Below, piece after piece: positions 52,703 to 64,000 of a stretch of DNA of 64,000 bases (its first letter is position 1; each line of letters opens with the position of its first letter). The position numbers and the translations under genes were made by a program. The stretch spans positions 29,113 to 93,112 of the forward strand of contig CAWGGK010000011.1 in assembly GCA_963822165.1 (NCBI GenBank), written 5' to 3'. The DNA is from an uncultured Alphaproteobacteria bacterium. Its GTDB lineage: Bacteria; Pseudomonadota; Alphaproteobacteria; Rhizobiales; Beijerinckiaceae. The notes under the pieces were generated by a model. It searched no databases. It saw nothing but the letters and a program-made list of their open reading frames with translations, and was not told the DNA's origin.

Positions 52703-53566
52703 TCAGTTCGCCATGGCGCCCTGCGTCATGCCTTTCACGAGGAACGGCTCCAGCAGCACGAACAGCACCAGCATCGGCAGGACCGACACGGTGGCCGCCG
52801 CCATCAGGCTGGACCATTCGACGAGATATTCCCCGGTGAAGCTCTGCAATCCCACCGTGACCAGCCAGTGTTCCGGCTTGCTCAACAGAGTGCGGGCGAA
52901 AACGAGATCGGACCAGGTCACGATCGCCACATAGGCGGCGCAGGCGGCCAGTCCGGGACGGGCGAGCGGCAGGACGATGTAGCGGAAGGCGGTCAGTTCG
53001 TTGCATCCGTCGATGCGGGCGGCTTCCTCCAGTTCGCGCGGGATAGCGTCGAAGAAGCCCTTCAGCAGCCATGTCGCAAAGGGCACCGCCACCGCGCTGT
53101 TGGCGAGCATCACGCCCGTCCGGGTCTCGATGAGCCCGATCGACGAAAACAGGATGAAGAACGGGATCACGATCAGCGCGCCCGGCAGCATCTTCGACGC
53201 CAGCAGGCCGAAACCCATCGCCCGCTGCGCCGCCGTGCGGTAGCGCGACAGGCTGTATCCGGCCATCGCACTGGCGGTGAGCGTGATCGCCAATGTGCCC
53301 AGCGTCACCACGACGCTGTTTCCAATCCAGGTAAGGAGCGGCTTTCGCGTGAAAACCGCCGCATAGGCATCCATAGACATCGACGCGAACGGCGGCAGCA
53401 GCGGGGGATTGCGCGACAACATGATCGCGGTCGGCGTCATCGAGGTCAGGACGATCCAGTAGAGCGGAAAGAGCGCGATGGCCATGAACGCAAGCGCGGC
53501 CAGCAGCAGGAGCCAACGCTGCCTGCGCTGGGCAGCAGGCATTTCCAGGAGCTCAGCGCGCTTCAT
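52703..53566 (-). CDS. Carbohydrate ABC permease
   Basis: IPRELEEAARIDGC EAA loop. Confidence 0.9.
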   Translation of the reverse strand: MKRAELLEMPAAQRRQRWLLLLAALAFMAIALFPLYWIVLTSMTPTAIMLSRNPPLLPPFASMSMDAYAAVFTRKPLLTWIGNSVVVTLGTLAITLTASAMAGYSLSRYRTAAQRAMGFGLLASKMLPGALIVIPFFILFSSIGLIETRTGVMLANSAVAVPFATWLLKGFFDAIPRELEEAARIDGCNELTAFRYIVLPLARPGLAACAAYVAIVTWSDLVFARTLLSKPEHWLVTVGLQSFTGEYLVEWSSLMAAATVSVLPMLVLFVLLEPFLVKGMTQGAMAN

Positions 53567-54440
53567 GCGGCTCGCCTCCCTTCATGCTCAGCCAGGCGAG
53601 CACCGCGCAGGCGCCCAGCAACAGCACGCCGATGGCCGACGCCACGCCCATCCTGAAAAACTGGAATGCTTCCTCATAGACGAGAAGCGAGAGAGTCTGG
53701 GTGGCGCGCGACGGCCCGCCTCCGGTCGTGGCGAAAATGATGTCGAAATCCTTCACCACCCACAGGGTCTGGAGCACCAGCGAGAGTGCAGCCGCTCCAC
53801 GGATGCCGGGCCACGTCACATAGCGGAACGTCTGCCAGGCGCTGGCGCCATCGATCTTGGCGGCCTCGTAGAGAGCAAGCGGTATCGACTGCAAAGCTGC
53901 GAGCAGAGTCAGCACAAAGAAGGGAAAGCATTTCCAGATCGCCGGGAGCAGCACGGCATAGAGCGCCGTGGCTTCCGCCGAGAACCACGCGATGTCGGTC
54001 GTGATCAGGCCCAGTGACCGAAGCACGGCATTCACGACGCCGTACGACGCGTCGAACATCCAGAGGAAGCCGATTGCCGCCACCACGCCCGGCACCGCCC
54101 AGGGCAGCAACATGAGGCTGCGCACGGCGCGCCGGCCCGGAAAATCACGGTTGAGCAGCAACGCCAGGACGAGACCTATGGCAAAGGCCGGGCCGATGAC
54201 GCCGATCGCAATAGAGGCCGTGCGGCCTGCCGCCTGCCAAACCACCTCGTCCTGCAGCACGCGCCAGTAGTTGCCAAAGCCAAGCGGCAGCGTTTCCAGC
54301 CTCGATATGTTCGGCGCACGGCCTACCCGCAAGCTCGTGACCGCGACCGTCCAAAGTGGATAGACGACGAGCCCCGCAACCAGCAGAACCGCTGGTGCGA
54401 GGAGGCCGTAGGCGATGACGGTATCCCGGCGGATGCGCAT
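53553..54440 (-). CDS. Carbohydrate ABC permease
   Basis: LYEAAKIDGA and TGGGP motifs. Confidence 0.9.
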   Translation of the reverse strand: MRIRRDTVIAYGLLAPAVLLVAGLVVYPLWTVAVTSLRVGRAPNISRLETLPLGFGNYWRVLQDEVVWQAAGRTASIAIGVIGPAFAIGLVLALLLNRDFPGRRAVRSLMLLPWAVPGVVAAIGFLWMFDASYGVVNAVLRSLGLITTDIAWFSAEATALYAVLLPAIWKCFPFFVLTLLAALQSIPLALYEAAKIDGASAWQTFRYVTWPGIRGAAALSLVLQTLWVVKDFDIIFATTGGGPSRATQTLSLLVYEEAFQFFRMGVASAIGVLLLGACAVLAWLSMKGGEPHEAR

Positions 54441-54605
54441 TCGTGTCCCTGCGGCATCTTGGCGGGCGCGCCCGATTGGGCGGCCCCTATCTACTCGAGG
54501 GAGGTTGGCCGGGTTTCGCCCATCGCTGCGAGCGGCCGGGAGGGCGTTCCTGCCTCACATGCGATCCTGAAGAGATCGAAGCCGCATCAATGCTGAGCAG
54601 CGGCA

Positions 54606-55871
54606 TCACTTCAACGGAACGGCCCGTTCCAGTTCCTTCTGCAGGTCGCCCATGATCTTCTCGGTCGGATCCTGCGTGGACTGCAGCTTGAGCATCGCGC
54701 GGCCAAAAATGCTGGCATACTCGTTGTAGCTCTCCATCAGCGTGGGATGGGTCGGGAAGACCGACACCGCGGAAGCCGCGGAGTCCATGATCAGCTTGAG
54801 GTGCGGCAATTTCTGCGCGGCATCCGGCGGCAGTGAGTCTTTGCGAGGCGCCGGCGAGGCGGACATGATCGGGTACTGGGCCTGCCATTTGGGAGACGCA
54901 GCGAGTTCGATGAACTTCCAGGTCAGCTCCTGCTTCGCCTTCGGCGTACCTGATGCGATATGGATCGAGTTCGACGTTCCGCCTGTTACGTTGGGAAATG
55001 GCACCCGGGTGACCTTGAGAAACGGCTTCGTCGCTTCAGGCGCTTTCTCGACAAAGGCCCAGATCCACGGCCCATCCCGCAGGAAGGCAGCCTTCCCATC
55101 GATGAAAAGCTGTCGCGCCGTCGTCGAATTCGTGCCGGGAGGGGCGAAGCGCATGGACTTGCGGTACTGATCGACCGCAGCGAGCACCTTGGGGTCGGTG
55201 AACTGATACTTGCCGTCCTTCACCCAATCGAGCCCCTGCCCCATCACCCAGGTTCCGGCCTCGACGACGAGGTTGGGATGCTCGATGGAGGTCGCCACAA
55301 GCCCGAACTGGCCGGCATCCCGCTTCGTGGATTTCTCGATCGCACCGAGCCATTCGTCCGGCGTGGTCGGCAGTTTCGCGCCGGCCTCGTCCAACAACTT
55401 CTGATTGTAATAAAGCAGGCTGCCATAGCCCATGAGCAGCACGCCTTGCATCTTGCCGTCCCATTTCATGTCACCCTGCAGGGGTGTCCATGTCTTGAGG
55501 ATGTCGGTCTTGGCGAGGCGGTCATCGATAGGCTGAAGCCAACCCTGTGAGGCGAAGGCGGCGAAATTGCGCGTGGGCAAATGCACGATGTCGGGCGGGT
55601 TGTTGCCAGCGAAGCGCACGGTCAATTGCTGCACGTAGTTGGCGAAGGGTATGGAGTAGAGGTTCACCTTCACGCCGGAATTCTGTGCCTCGAAATCTGC
55701 GACCACGGCCTTCCACCACGAGGATACGCCAGGCTCCTCGGCCTGCCAGCTCGGGAAATCGAGCGTGGTTTGTGCTGATGCCGGTGCAGTAATTGCTAGC
55801 GCGAGCGTTGATACCGCAAGGGCGAGACTGGCGCGCCGGCTCCATCGCGTCACGTTATTTCCGTGCCTCAT
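54606..55871 (-). CDS. Sugar ABC substrate-binding protein
   Basis: SRR-containing leader ending ASAQ; PPDI and LYYNQKL motifs; alternative start at 55901. Confidence 0.87.
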   Translation of the reverse strand: MRHGNNVTRWSRRASLALAVSTLALAITAPASAQTTLDFPSWQAEEPGVSSWWKAVVADFEAQNSGVKVNLYSIPFANYVQQLTVRFAGNNPPDIVHLPTRNFAAFASQGWLQPIDDRLAKTDILKTWTPLQGDMKWDGKMQGVLLMGYGSLLYYNQKLLDEAGAKLPTTPDEWLGAIEKSTKRDAGQFGLVATSIEHPNLVVEAGTWVMGQGLDWVKDGKYQFTDPKVLAAVDQYRKSMRFAPPGTNSTTARQLFIDGKAAFLRDGPWIWAFVEKAPEATKPFLKVTRVPFPNVTGGTSNSIHIASGTPKAKQELTWKFIELAASPKWQAQYPIMSASPAPRKDSLPPDAAQKLPHLKLIMDSAASAVSVFPTHPTLMESYNEYASIFGRAMLKLQSTQDPTEKIMGDLQKELERAVPLK

Positions 55872-56039
55872 GGCGATCACTCCCGATCTGTTGTTCTGCA
55901 CACAGGTCTGCGGAGGAGAGCCCTTGCGGGCAGCCGTCGTCAGCCGGTGGACCGTTTTCAGTCGGAAGAGATGCTCGCGGAAGAGGTCAGGCTATGCAAG
56001 CCCGAAGTCGTGCCGTTCTTCGGGAAGGCTTCATCAACG

Positions 56040-57037
56040 TCACTGGGCAGCGCGTTCGCTCGTCGTTGCGACCTGATAGACGGGTGCGCGCCGGATACCG
56101 TGGATCCAGGCTCCGTTCGCGCCGATGGAATAGAGCGGCTGAAAGCCGTCTGTCTCGGCTTCGAGTCTAACCGCGTCGGTGTTGCTGTCCAGAATATAGG
56201 TCTCGCCCTGAATTTCCACGCTCAGCAGGGCGTGGCCGATGTTGCGGACCAAATCCTTCACCACCAGAACCCGCATGCTGTCGGCGGGAACGCCAAGCGC
56301 CAGCAACATGCCGAACTTGACGATCACGAAATCTTCGCAGTCCCCCACTCCCCGCGCCGCCGTCTCCTCAGGGGTCGCCCAATAATCGTCTACGCCAAAC
56401 GTCGCCACGTCGACCTGGTATCGGATGAGACGATTGACCAGGCGGTCGACCGTCTTGACCATATCGAGGGCGGGTGACGCCCTCTGCCGCAGGGGCCAAT
56501 CGGTCGAATGCACGCCTCAGCGAGGAATTGCACAGCGCCGAGCAGTGCGGAACATTCGGCGGTAAACAGGCGGGCCGGCCCCGCAGCCAAGATGGCCTGC
56601 CAACGAGGCGATACCGCGAGCCCACCGACCCGGATAGGAACGGTTCCAAGCACCGTTCCATCGTGAATAGCCTTGGAAGGCATCAGGTTTCCAAGTGTAT
56701 CCCGCGGCATTGATCGCTGCCGTCCTGATTTCGTCAAAAGCCTCGTACCGGGCCTGATTGTGCCCTGATTTCCCATTCTTCGTTACATCTGCAACATTGC
56801 CTTTGACCGCAGCTCCGACATTTCGGATCGTGCTGCCGCCGAAACGATGGCGCCAGCACAGTAACCGGCTTGGCTACTTTGGCGGCAGCCCGGCGTGAAG
56901 GATTGCGCCCATGCGGCATCCATCGAGACGAGCAGGCTTGCCGCAATAGAGACCGCGAGCACGGTCTGCACTGATCTTTCGACGATACTGCAGTAAAACG
57001 GAACTTGCGAACGCATGATGCGAGCCTGAAATTTCAT
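56040..57037 (-). CDS. LapG/BTLCP transglutaminase-like cysteine protease (frameshifted)
   Basis: V.RLVN..IRY..D...GVDDYWATP.E....GDCEDF..K..HALL..ILDS (Cys-His-Asp triad) in 56040..56513. Upstream frames supply a signal-like N-terminus (..AAWAQ); 5' boundary uncertain. Confidence 0.8.
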
Positions 57038-57371
57038 TCAAGCCTGATCATGGTCTGTGTTGTCTTGCAGGGCTCTAAAAATACTTAGCCAATACTTTGA
57101 AAATTAATTCGATAAAATTCGAAATGATTCTCGATCGACCTCCTCAAATCCCCGACATTTCGACCGCCCTGCCCGGTCCACATTCGATTCAAAATGAAGC
57201 TCTGGATATATCTTAAGATTAACCATCATGGGAATTAGCCGCAACGACATATATCTTGTTATATACTCTAGGTTGCGCAACCCTTGCGGGAAACTCCGGT
57301 TGCATTAGGTTGCAATTGAAATGAATTCGGCCTGTCTTTTGCTGGCCACTCAATTGCACCAGGAGCTTCCG

Positions 57372-60300
57372 ATGCGTAACGAAGGTACAGGCGCCGCCGG
57401 TCCGGTCACGACTACTTCAGCCTCGGACAAGCCCGCCGCATCCCTCGCAGACAAGGTCATCCTGGCGCAGGCCAATACGGCCAAGGCCACGGGCAAGCCG
57501 GTCGAAGATTTCGTTCTGCCCCCGCCCGACAAGATCATGAAGGTGAAGCCGATCCCGGTCGGCGGCGGCATCGAGTCTCTCGCCTTCAAGCTGCCGGCGG
57601 ATGCGTCGATCGACAACATCAAGATCGTCGAGATCGACGGCGTAAAGATGCTAGCCCTCGTCCAGGCGGACGGTTCGGTCATCATCCTCGAAGGCGCCGA
57701 CGGGATTTCCGGATCGACGGCCCAGTTGCCCAACCTGCTTTTGGGCGATATCGAAATTCCCCAGCAGGCCCTTGAAGCCGCCTTCCTCAACAGCGGCATC
57801 CAGCCCGCGGCTGGTCCTGGCGGCACGACAGCGCCGAGCTCCGGCGGCAATTTTGAAATCCCGCCCGGCGACATCGATCCCTATTTTCCGATCAGCCCCC
57901 TGCTGCCCCCGACCCAGCTGAGCTTCGAGCCGCTGCAGCTGCCCGAGATCTCGCCTCCCCTGCCTATCCCGGAAGAGCCAGCGGTCATCGTTCCGCCGTC
58001 GGGCTCGCCCTTCGCGTCCGTGAGCGTGTTCGAGCGGGCGCTAAATGATGGCGGCTCGACCCCGGACAGCGCGTCCGAGCGCGTGACGGCCAACCTGTCC
58101 TTCACGGCCGGTACCGCCGCGTTCACGTCGGCCGCCTTTGGCGCGACCGGCGGCATTTCGGTCGCCGGCGCGGATCCCGCCGCTACCTTCACGTGGGTGG
58201 TCAATGGCGCTGGCCAGCTCGAGGGTCACCTCGGCTCGGCCTCGGGCCCGGTTGCGCTCCTGCTTTCGCTGTCGCCGATCTCGAGCGACGGCGCGACCAC
58301 GGTCACCGTGACGCTGACCGACAACTTCCCGCACGCTCCCGGCGCCGACATCAACAGCATCGTCGTCTCCGGCATATCGGTCCTCGCGACCGATGCCAAC
58401 GGCGCCTCCGTCACCGGTGGCGTGACCGTGACGATCGTCGACGACGTCCCGACCGCGATCACGGCGGTGCGTCCCATCATCGGAACGGTCGAGGAAGACG
58501 ACCTCACCTACAGCTCCGGCACCATCCCCGGCCTGTCCCAGGGCAATGACGAGGACGGCAGCATCGACAAGACCGTGGTGACGTCGGCGACCACGGGCAA
58601 TCTCTCGGATCTGTTCAAGTCCGGTGCCGATACGCCGCTGACATTCAGCCTGAGCTCGGCGACAAGTGGCTTGCCGACCCTGTTCTCGAAGGGCGTCGCC
58701 CTGACCTACAGCGTCAGTGGCGATACGCTGACCGCGACCGCGAACGACGGCGACCAGTCCCGCACGGTGTTCACGCTGAAAATCTCGTCCACGGGCGATT
58801 TCACGTTCACCATCTATGACCAGCTCGACCATGTGGCCGGCAATGGCGAGAATTTCGACCTGCGCACGTCGGCGGATGGCTCAACCTCCATCGCGGCCAT
58901 TGACTTCTCTGCGCTCGTTATCGCGACCGACAGCGATGGCGACATCGTCGCCGCGAAGGCTGGCGGCTTCGCGATTCAGGTGCAGGACGACGTACCTGTC
59001 GCCGTTCAGTTCGACCAGGAGCAGGAGTTCAACGGAATTCGCAGTTCCGTCCAAGAAAGCGGGATGTCAACGACGCAGTTCGACGGCATGTCCGCCGATG
59101 GCTCCGAAGGCAACAAGGACGGCGGCGTCACCTCGGATTCGGACGAAACCTCCGGATCGGCGGGCGCCCTGACGGCGTTGTTCCTTTCCGGTTCCGATGA
59201 AACGCTGACGATCGGCCTGAAGTCGACGCTCGTGGCGGGCGACATGCCCGACCTTTACTCGAAGGGCGTCAAGCTGACCTATTCCGTATCGGACACCGAC
59301 GGGGACGGCGTCAGGGACACGCTGACCGCGACGGCTGGGGCCGGCGAAGGCGCACGGACGGTGTTCGTTCTTCATGTGAACTTAGACGGATCGTGGAATT
59401 TCGACCTCCGCGACCAGCTTGATCATGTCGACAACGGCCTGAACAACGAGAATTTCGAGCTGGTTACGAGCGCACCAGGCGCTGAGCAGACAACTTCCGT
59501 CGCCTCGGTCGACTTCTCCAAGATCCTGACTGGCACCGACAAGGATGGCGATACCGTCACCGGCGCCGCCACCGGCGCCTTCACCATTGCGGTGCAGGAT
59601 GACGTTCCGACCGTGTCGGCTTCGGTGAATGGTTCGGCCAGCACGGCCGGCCTGGCACTGAACCTCGACGAGACGGCCGGCACGGACCGCTATGCCCCGG
59701 GCGAAGCATCGGACGTCAATGGCGGATCCGATGAGGTGGGGCTTCCGCCCGGCGCGATCGGCTCGCTGACCTCGACGGTTTCAAATGGGCTTGCCTCGCT
59801 TTTCACGGTAAGCGGCAGCGTGGGAAGCGACGACGTGGCTGGCACGCAGACCACGGCGGTTGCACTGCAGCTCTCCGATCCGGGTGCGAACGGGGTTCCG
59901 ACGTCGCTCTATGCGACGGGCCCGGGCGTCGGCACGCAGATCTACATGTTCCAGAACGGCGCGGTGATCGAAGGCCGGGCGGGAACCACGAGCGGCTCGC
60001 CGCTGGTGTTCACCATCAGCCTGACGAGCTCCGATCCGGCGACCGCGCAGGTGACATTCACCCAGTACCTGCCGATCGAGCACGGCAACACTGCTCTCTA
60101 TGACGAAGCCGCCATCCTCAACACCCTGGGCTCCGATGCCGTCAACCTCGTGCTGACGACCTCGCTGACGGATGCCGACGGCGACACCGCGACCAGCACC
60201 GCCACCTACGGTCTCGTCACCAGCACCTCGTCGCCCTTCTCCATCGACGATGACGGGCCGACCGTGTCGGCTTCGGTGAACGGTTCGGCCAGCACGGCTG

Positions 60301-63300
60301 GTCTGGCGCTGAATCTCGACGAGACGGATGGCACCGACCGCTATGCCTTGAACGAGGCTGCGGACGTCGACGTCAACGATCAAGCCGGCGTGTTGCCGGT
60401 GGGGAGCCATCGGCTCGCTGACCTCGAGCGTGTCGGGCGGCCTCGACTCGCTGTTCACGGTAACGGGCGACGCCGGCCGTGATGGCCCCGGGGGGACCCA
60501 GACCAAGTTGGTAGCACTGCAGCTCTCCGATCCGGGCGCGGACGGTGTGCCGACGTCGCTCTATGCGACGGAGCCCGGCGCCGGCACGCAGATCTACCTG
60601 TTCCAGAACGGGGCTGTCATCGAAGGCCGGGCGGGAACCACGAGCGGTTCGCCGCTGGTGTTCACCATCAGCCTGACGAGCGCCGATCCGGCGACCGCTC
60701 AGGTGACCTTCACCCAGTATCTGCCCATCGAGCACGGCAATACGGCCGAGTTCGACGAAACCGCGGTGCTCAACACGTTGGGTTCCGACGCGGTCAACCT
60801 GCTGCTGACCACCTCTCTGACGGATGCCGACGGCGACACCGCGACCAGCACCGCCACCTATGGTCTTGTCACCAGCACCTCCTCGCCCTTCTCCATCGAC
60901 GACGACGGGCCGACGGTCTCAGGCTCTACAGCGGGTTCCGGGACAGTAAGCGGTCTGGCGCTGAATCTCGACGAGACGAATGGCACCGATCGCTACGCCT
61001 CGAACGAGGCTGCGGACGTCGACGTCAACGATCAAGCCGGCGTGTTGCCGGTGGGAGCTATAGGCTCGCTGACCTCGAGCGTGTCGGGCGGCTTGTCGAC
61101 GCTCTTTATTGCATCCGGGACGGCCGGACGCGATGGGCTTCTAAGCGCTCAGACTCAAACGGTGACGCTGCAGCTCTCCGATCCGGGCGCGGACGGTGTG
61201 CCAACGTCGCTCTATGCGACGGGCCCGGGCGTTGGCACGCAGATCTACCTGTTCCAGAACGGGGATGTCATCGAAGGCCGGGCGGGAACCACGAGCGGCT
61301 CGCCGCTGGTGTTCACCATCAGCCTGACGAGCACCGACGCAACCACAGCCCAGGTGACCTTCACCCAGTACCTGCCGATCGAGCACGGCAATACGGCCGA
61401 GTTCGACGAAACCGCCATCCTCAACACATTGGGTTCTGACGCGGTCAACCTGGTGCTAAATACGACTTTGACGGACCAGGACGGTGACACAGCTACTGTT
61501 TCCGCCACCTACGGCCTTGTCACCAGCACCTCGTCGCCCTTCTCCATCGACGACGACGGGCCGACCGTGTCGGCTTCGGTGAATGGTTCGGCCAGCACGG
61601 CCGGCCTGGCACTGAACCTTGACGAGACAGCCGGCACGGACCGTTACGCCGCCGGTGATGCCGCTGACAATAATGGCGGATCCGACGAGGTGGGGCTTCC
61701 GGCTGGTGCGATCGGCACGCTGACCTCGACGGTGACGGGAGGCCTCGCCTCGCTGTTCACGGTGTCGGGTTCTGCCGGCCGCGACGGCGTGGCGGGCACG
61801 CAGACCACGGCGGTTGCACTGCAGCTGTCCGATCCGGGTGCGAACGGCGTTCCGACGTCGCTCTATGCGACGGGCCCGGGCGTCGGCACGCAGATCTACC
61901 TGTTCCAGAACGGCACGGTGATCGAAGGCCGGGCGGGAACCACGAGCGGCTCGCCGCTGGTGTTTACCATCAGCCTGACGAGCTCCGATCCGGCGACCGC
62001 GCAGGTCACATTCACCCAGTACCTGCCGATCGAGCACGGCAACACTGCTCTCTACGACGAAGCCGCCATCCTCAACACCCTGGGCTCCGATGCCGTCAAC
62101 CTCGTGCTGACGACCTCGCTGACAGACGGCGACGGCGACACCGCGACCACCACCGCCACCTACGGCCTCGTCACCAGCACCTCGTCGCCCTTCTCCATCG
62201 ACGACGACGGGCCGACCGTGTCGGCTTCGGTGAATGGTTCGGCCAGCACGGCCGGCCTGGCACTGAACCTTGACGAGACAGCCGGCACGGACCGTTACGC
62301 CGCCGGTGATGCCGCTGACAATAATGGCGGATCCGACGAGGTGGGGCTTCCGGCTGGTGCGATCGGCACGCTGACCTCGACGGTGACGGGAGGCCTCGCC
62401 TCGCTGTTCACGGTGTCGGGTTCTGCCGGCCGCGACGGCGTGGCGGGCACGCAGACCACGGCGGTTGCACTGCAGCTGTCCGATCCGGGTGCGAACGGCG
62501 TTCCGACGTCGCTCTATGCGACGGGCCCGGGCGTCGGCACGCAGATCTACCTGTTCCAGAACGGCACGGTGATCGAAGGCCGGGCGGGAACCACGAGCGG
62601 CTCGCCGCTGGTGTTCACCATCAGCCTGACGAGCTCCGACGCCGCCACAGCCCAGGTGACATTCACCCAGTACCTGCCGATCGAGCACGGCAACACTGCT
62701 CTCTACGACGAAGCCGCCATCCTCAACACCCTGGGCTCCGATGCCGTCAACCTCGTGCTGACGACCTCGCTGACAGACGGCGACGGCGACACCGCGACCA
62801 CCACCGCCACCTACGGCCTCGTCACCAGCACCTCGTCGCCCTTCTCCATCGACGACGACGGGCCGACCGTGTCGGCTTCGGTGAATGGTTCGGCCAGCAC
62901 GGCCGGCCTGGCACTGAACCTTGACGAGACAGCCGGCACGGACCGTTACGCCGCCGGTGATGCCGCTGACAATAATGGCGGGTCGCGACGAGGTGGGGCT
63001 TCCGGCTGGTGCGATCGGCACGCTGACCTCGACGGTGACGGGAGGCCTCGCCTCGCTGTTCACGGTGTCGGGTTCTGCCGGCCGCGACGGCGTGGCGGGC
63101 ACGCAGACCACGGCGGTTGCACTGCAGCTGTCCGATCCGGGTGCGAACGGCGTTCCGACGTCGCTCTATGCGACGGGCCCGGGCGTCGGCACGCAGATCT
63201 ACCTGTTCCAGAACGGCACGGTGATCGAAGGCCGGGCGGGAACCACGAGCGGCTCGCCGCTGGTGTTCACCATCAGCCTGACGAGCTCCGACGCCGCCAC

Positions 63301-64000
63301 AGCCCAGGTGACATTCACCCAGTACCTGCCGATCGAGCACGGCAACACTGCTCTCTACGACGAAGCCGCCATCCTCAACACCCTGGGCTCCGATGCCGTC
63401 AACCTCGTGCTGACGACCTCGCTGACAGACGGCGACGGCGACACCGCGACCACCACCGCCACCTACGGCCTCGTCACCAGCACCTCGTCGCCCTTCTCCA
63501 TCGACGACGACGGGCCGACCGTGTCGGCTTCGGTGAATGGTTCGGCCAGCACGGCCGGCCTGGCACTGAACCTTGACGAGACAGCCGGCACGGACCGTTA
63601 CGCCGCCGGTGATGCCGCTGACAATAATGGCGGGTCGGACGAGACCGGCCTTGTGGGCGCAGCAATCGGCACGCTGACCTCGACGGTGACGGGAGGCCTC
63701 GCCTCGCTGTTCACGGTGTCGGGTTCTGCCGGCCGCGACGGCGTGGCGGGCACGCAGACCACGGCGGTTGCACTGCAGCTGTCCGATCCGGGTGCGAACG
63801 GCGTTCCGACGTCGCTCTATGCGACGGGCCCGGGCGTCGGCACGCAGATCTACCTGTTCCAGAACGGCGCGGTGATCGAAGGCCGGGCGGGAACCACGAG
63901 CGGCTCGCCGCTGGTGTTTACCATCAGCCTGACGAGCTCCGATCCGGCGACCGCGCAGGTCACATTCACCCAGTACCTGCCGATCGAGCACGGCAACACT
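57372..64000 (+). CDS. Giant LapA-like repeat adhesin (DUF5801/T1SS-repeat-like); incomplete at window edge; frameshifts near 60400 and 62985
   Basis: AGGAG RBS; N-terminal domain followed by QPAAGP..SSGGNF and a Pro-rich linker; then DDVP/DDDGP-bounded repeats with QLDH, D.DGD and QYLPIEH motifs. Confidence 0.88.
59607..64000 (+). repeat. At least 7 tandem 651-bp (217-aa) coding repeats (last one incomplete)
   Basis: Unit starts at 59607, 60258, 60910, 61561, 62212, 62863 and 63515 (spacing 651, or 652 where a frameshift falls). Confidence 0.95.

Noticed and set aside
1-64000. rRNA, tRNA, transposase or integrase genes
   Set aside because: None recognised by eye; dedicated scans were not run.

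Overview
GC-rich alphaproteobacterial (Hyphomicrobiales-like, by inference) accessory region. No rRNA, tRNA, CRISPR array or intact mobile element was recognised. Layout: (i) 0-15.5 kb: small catabolic and redox genes (cytochrome c, NmrA, NahE/PhdJ-like aldolase, cNMP-binding protein plus metallophosphoesterase, class V PLP enzyme, DUF2778/Tlde1-like protein, an IclR cluster with enolase-family and RraA-like enzymes, ABC-2 exporter). (ii) nirK-nirV with an FNR/FixK-type box. (iii) 19-29.7 kb: a type I secretion cassette (PrtD/PrtE-like, LuxR-type regulator, large repeat protein with 5 x 504-bp repeats). It has a CtrA-type box, a RecT-like relic, and a diverged duplicate of the repeat gene's leader and 5' end. 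(iv) 29.7-42.5 kb: two convergent operons combining glycoside catabolism (ABC importer, GH127, ThuA, Gfo/Idh/MocA, cupin, SRPBCC) with the bacterial Tm-1-like (UPF0261) protein and three TIM-barrel PEP-hydrolase-like paralogues. One paralogue is fused to a degenerate sigma54-type AAA+/Fis regulator, and both operon promoters share a 17-bp TACCC direct-repeat motif. (v) 42.9-55.9 kb: stacked ABC importers, a dehydratase and GntR. (vi) 56-64 kb: a LapG-like protease divergent from a giant LapA-like adhesin with a PAAG motif and at least 7 x 651-bp repeats running off the window. Many genes have single-base frameshifts that look like long-read assembly errors, so their boundaries are approximate. 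All family calls are from motif recognition; no searches were run.
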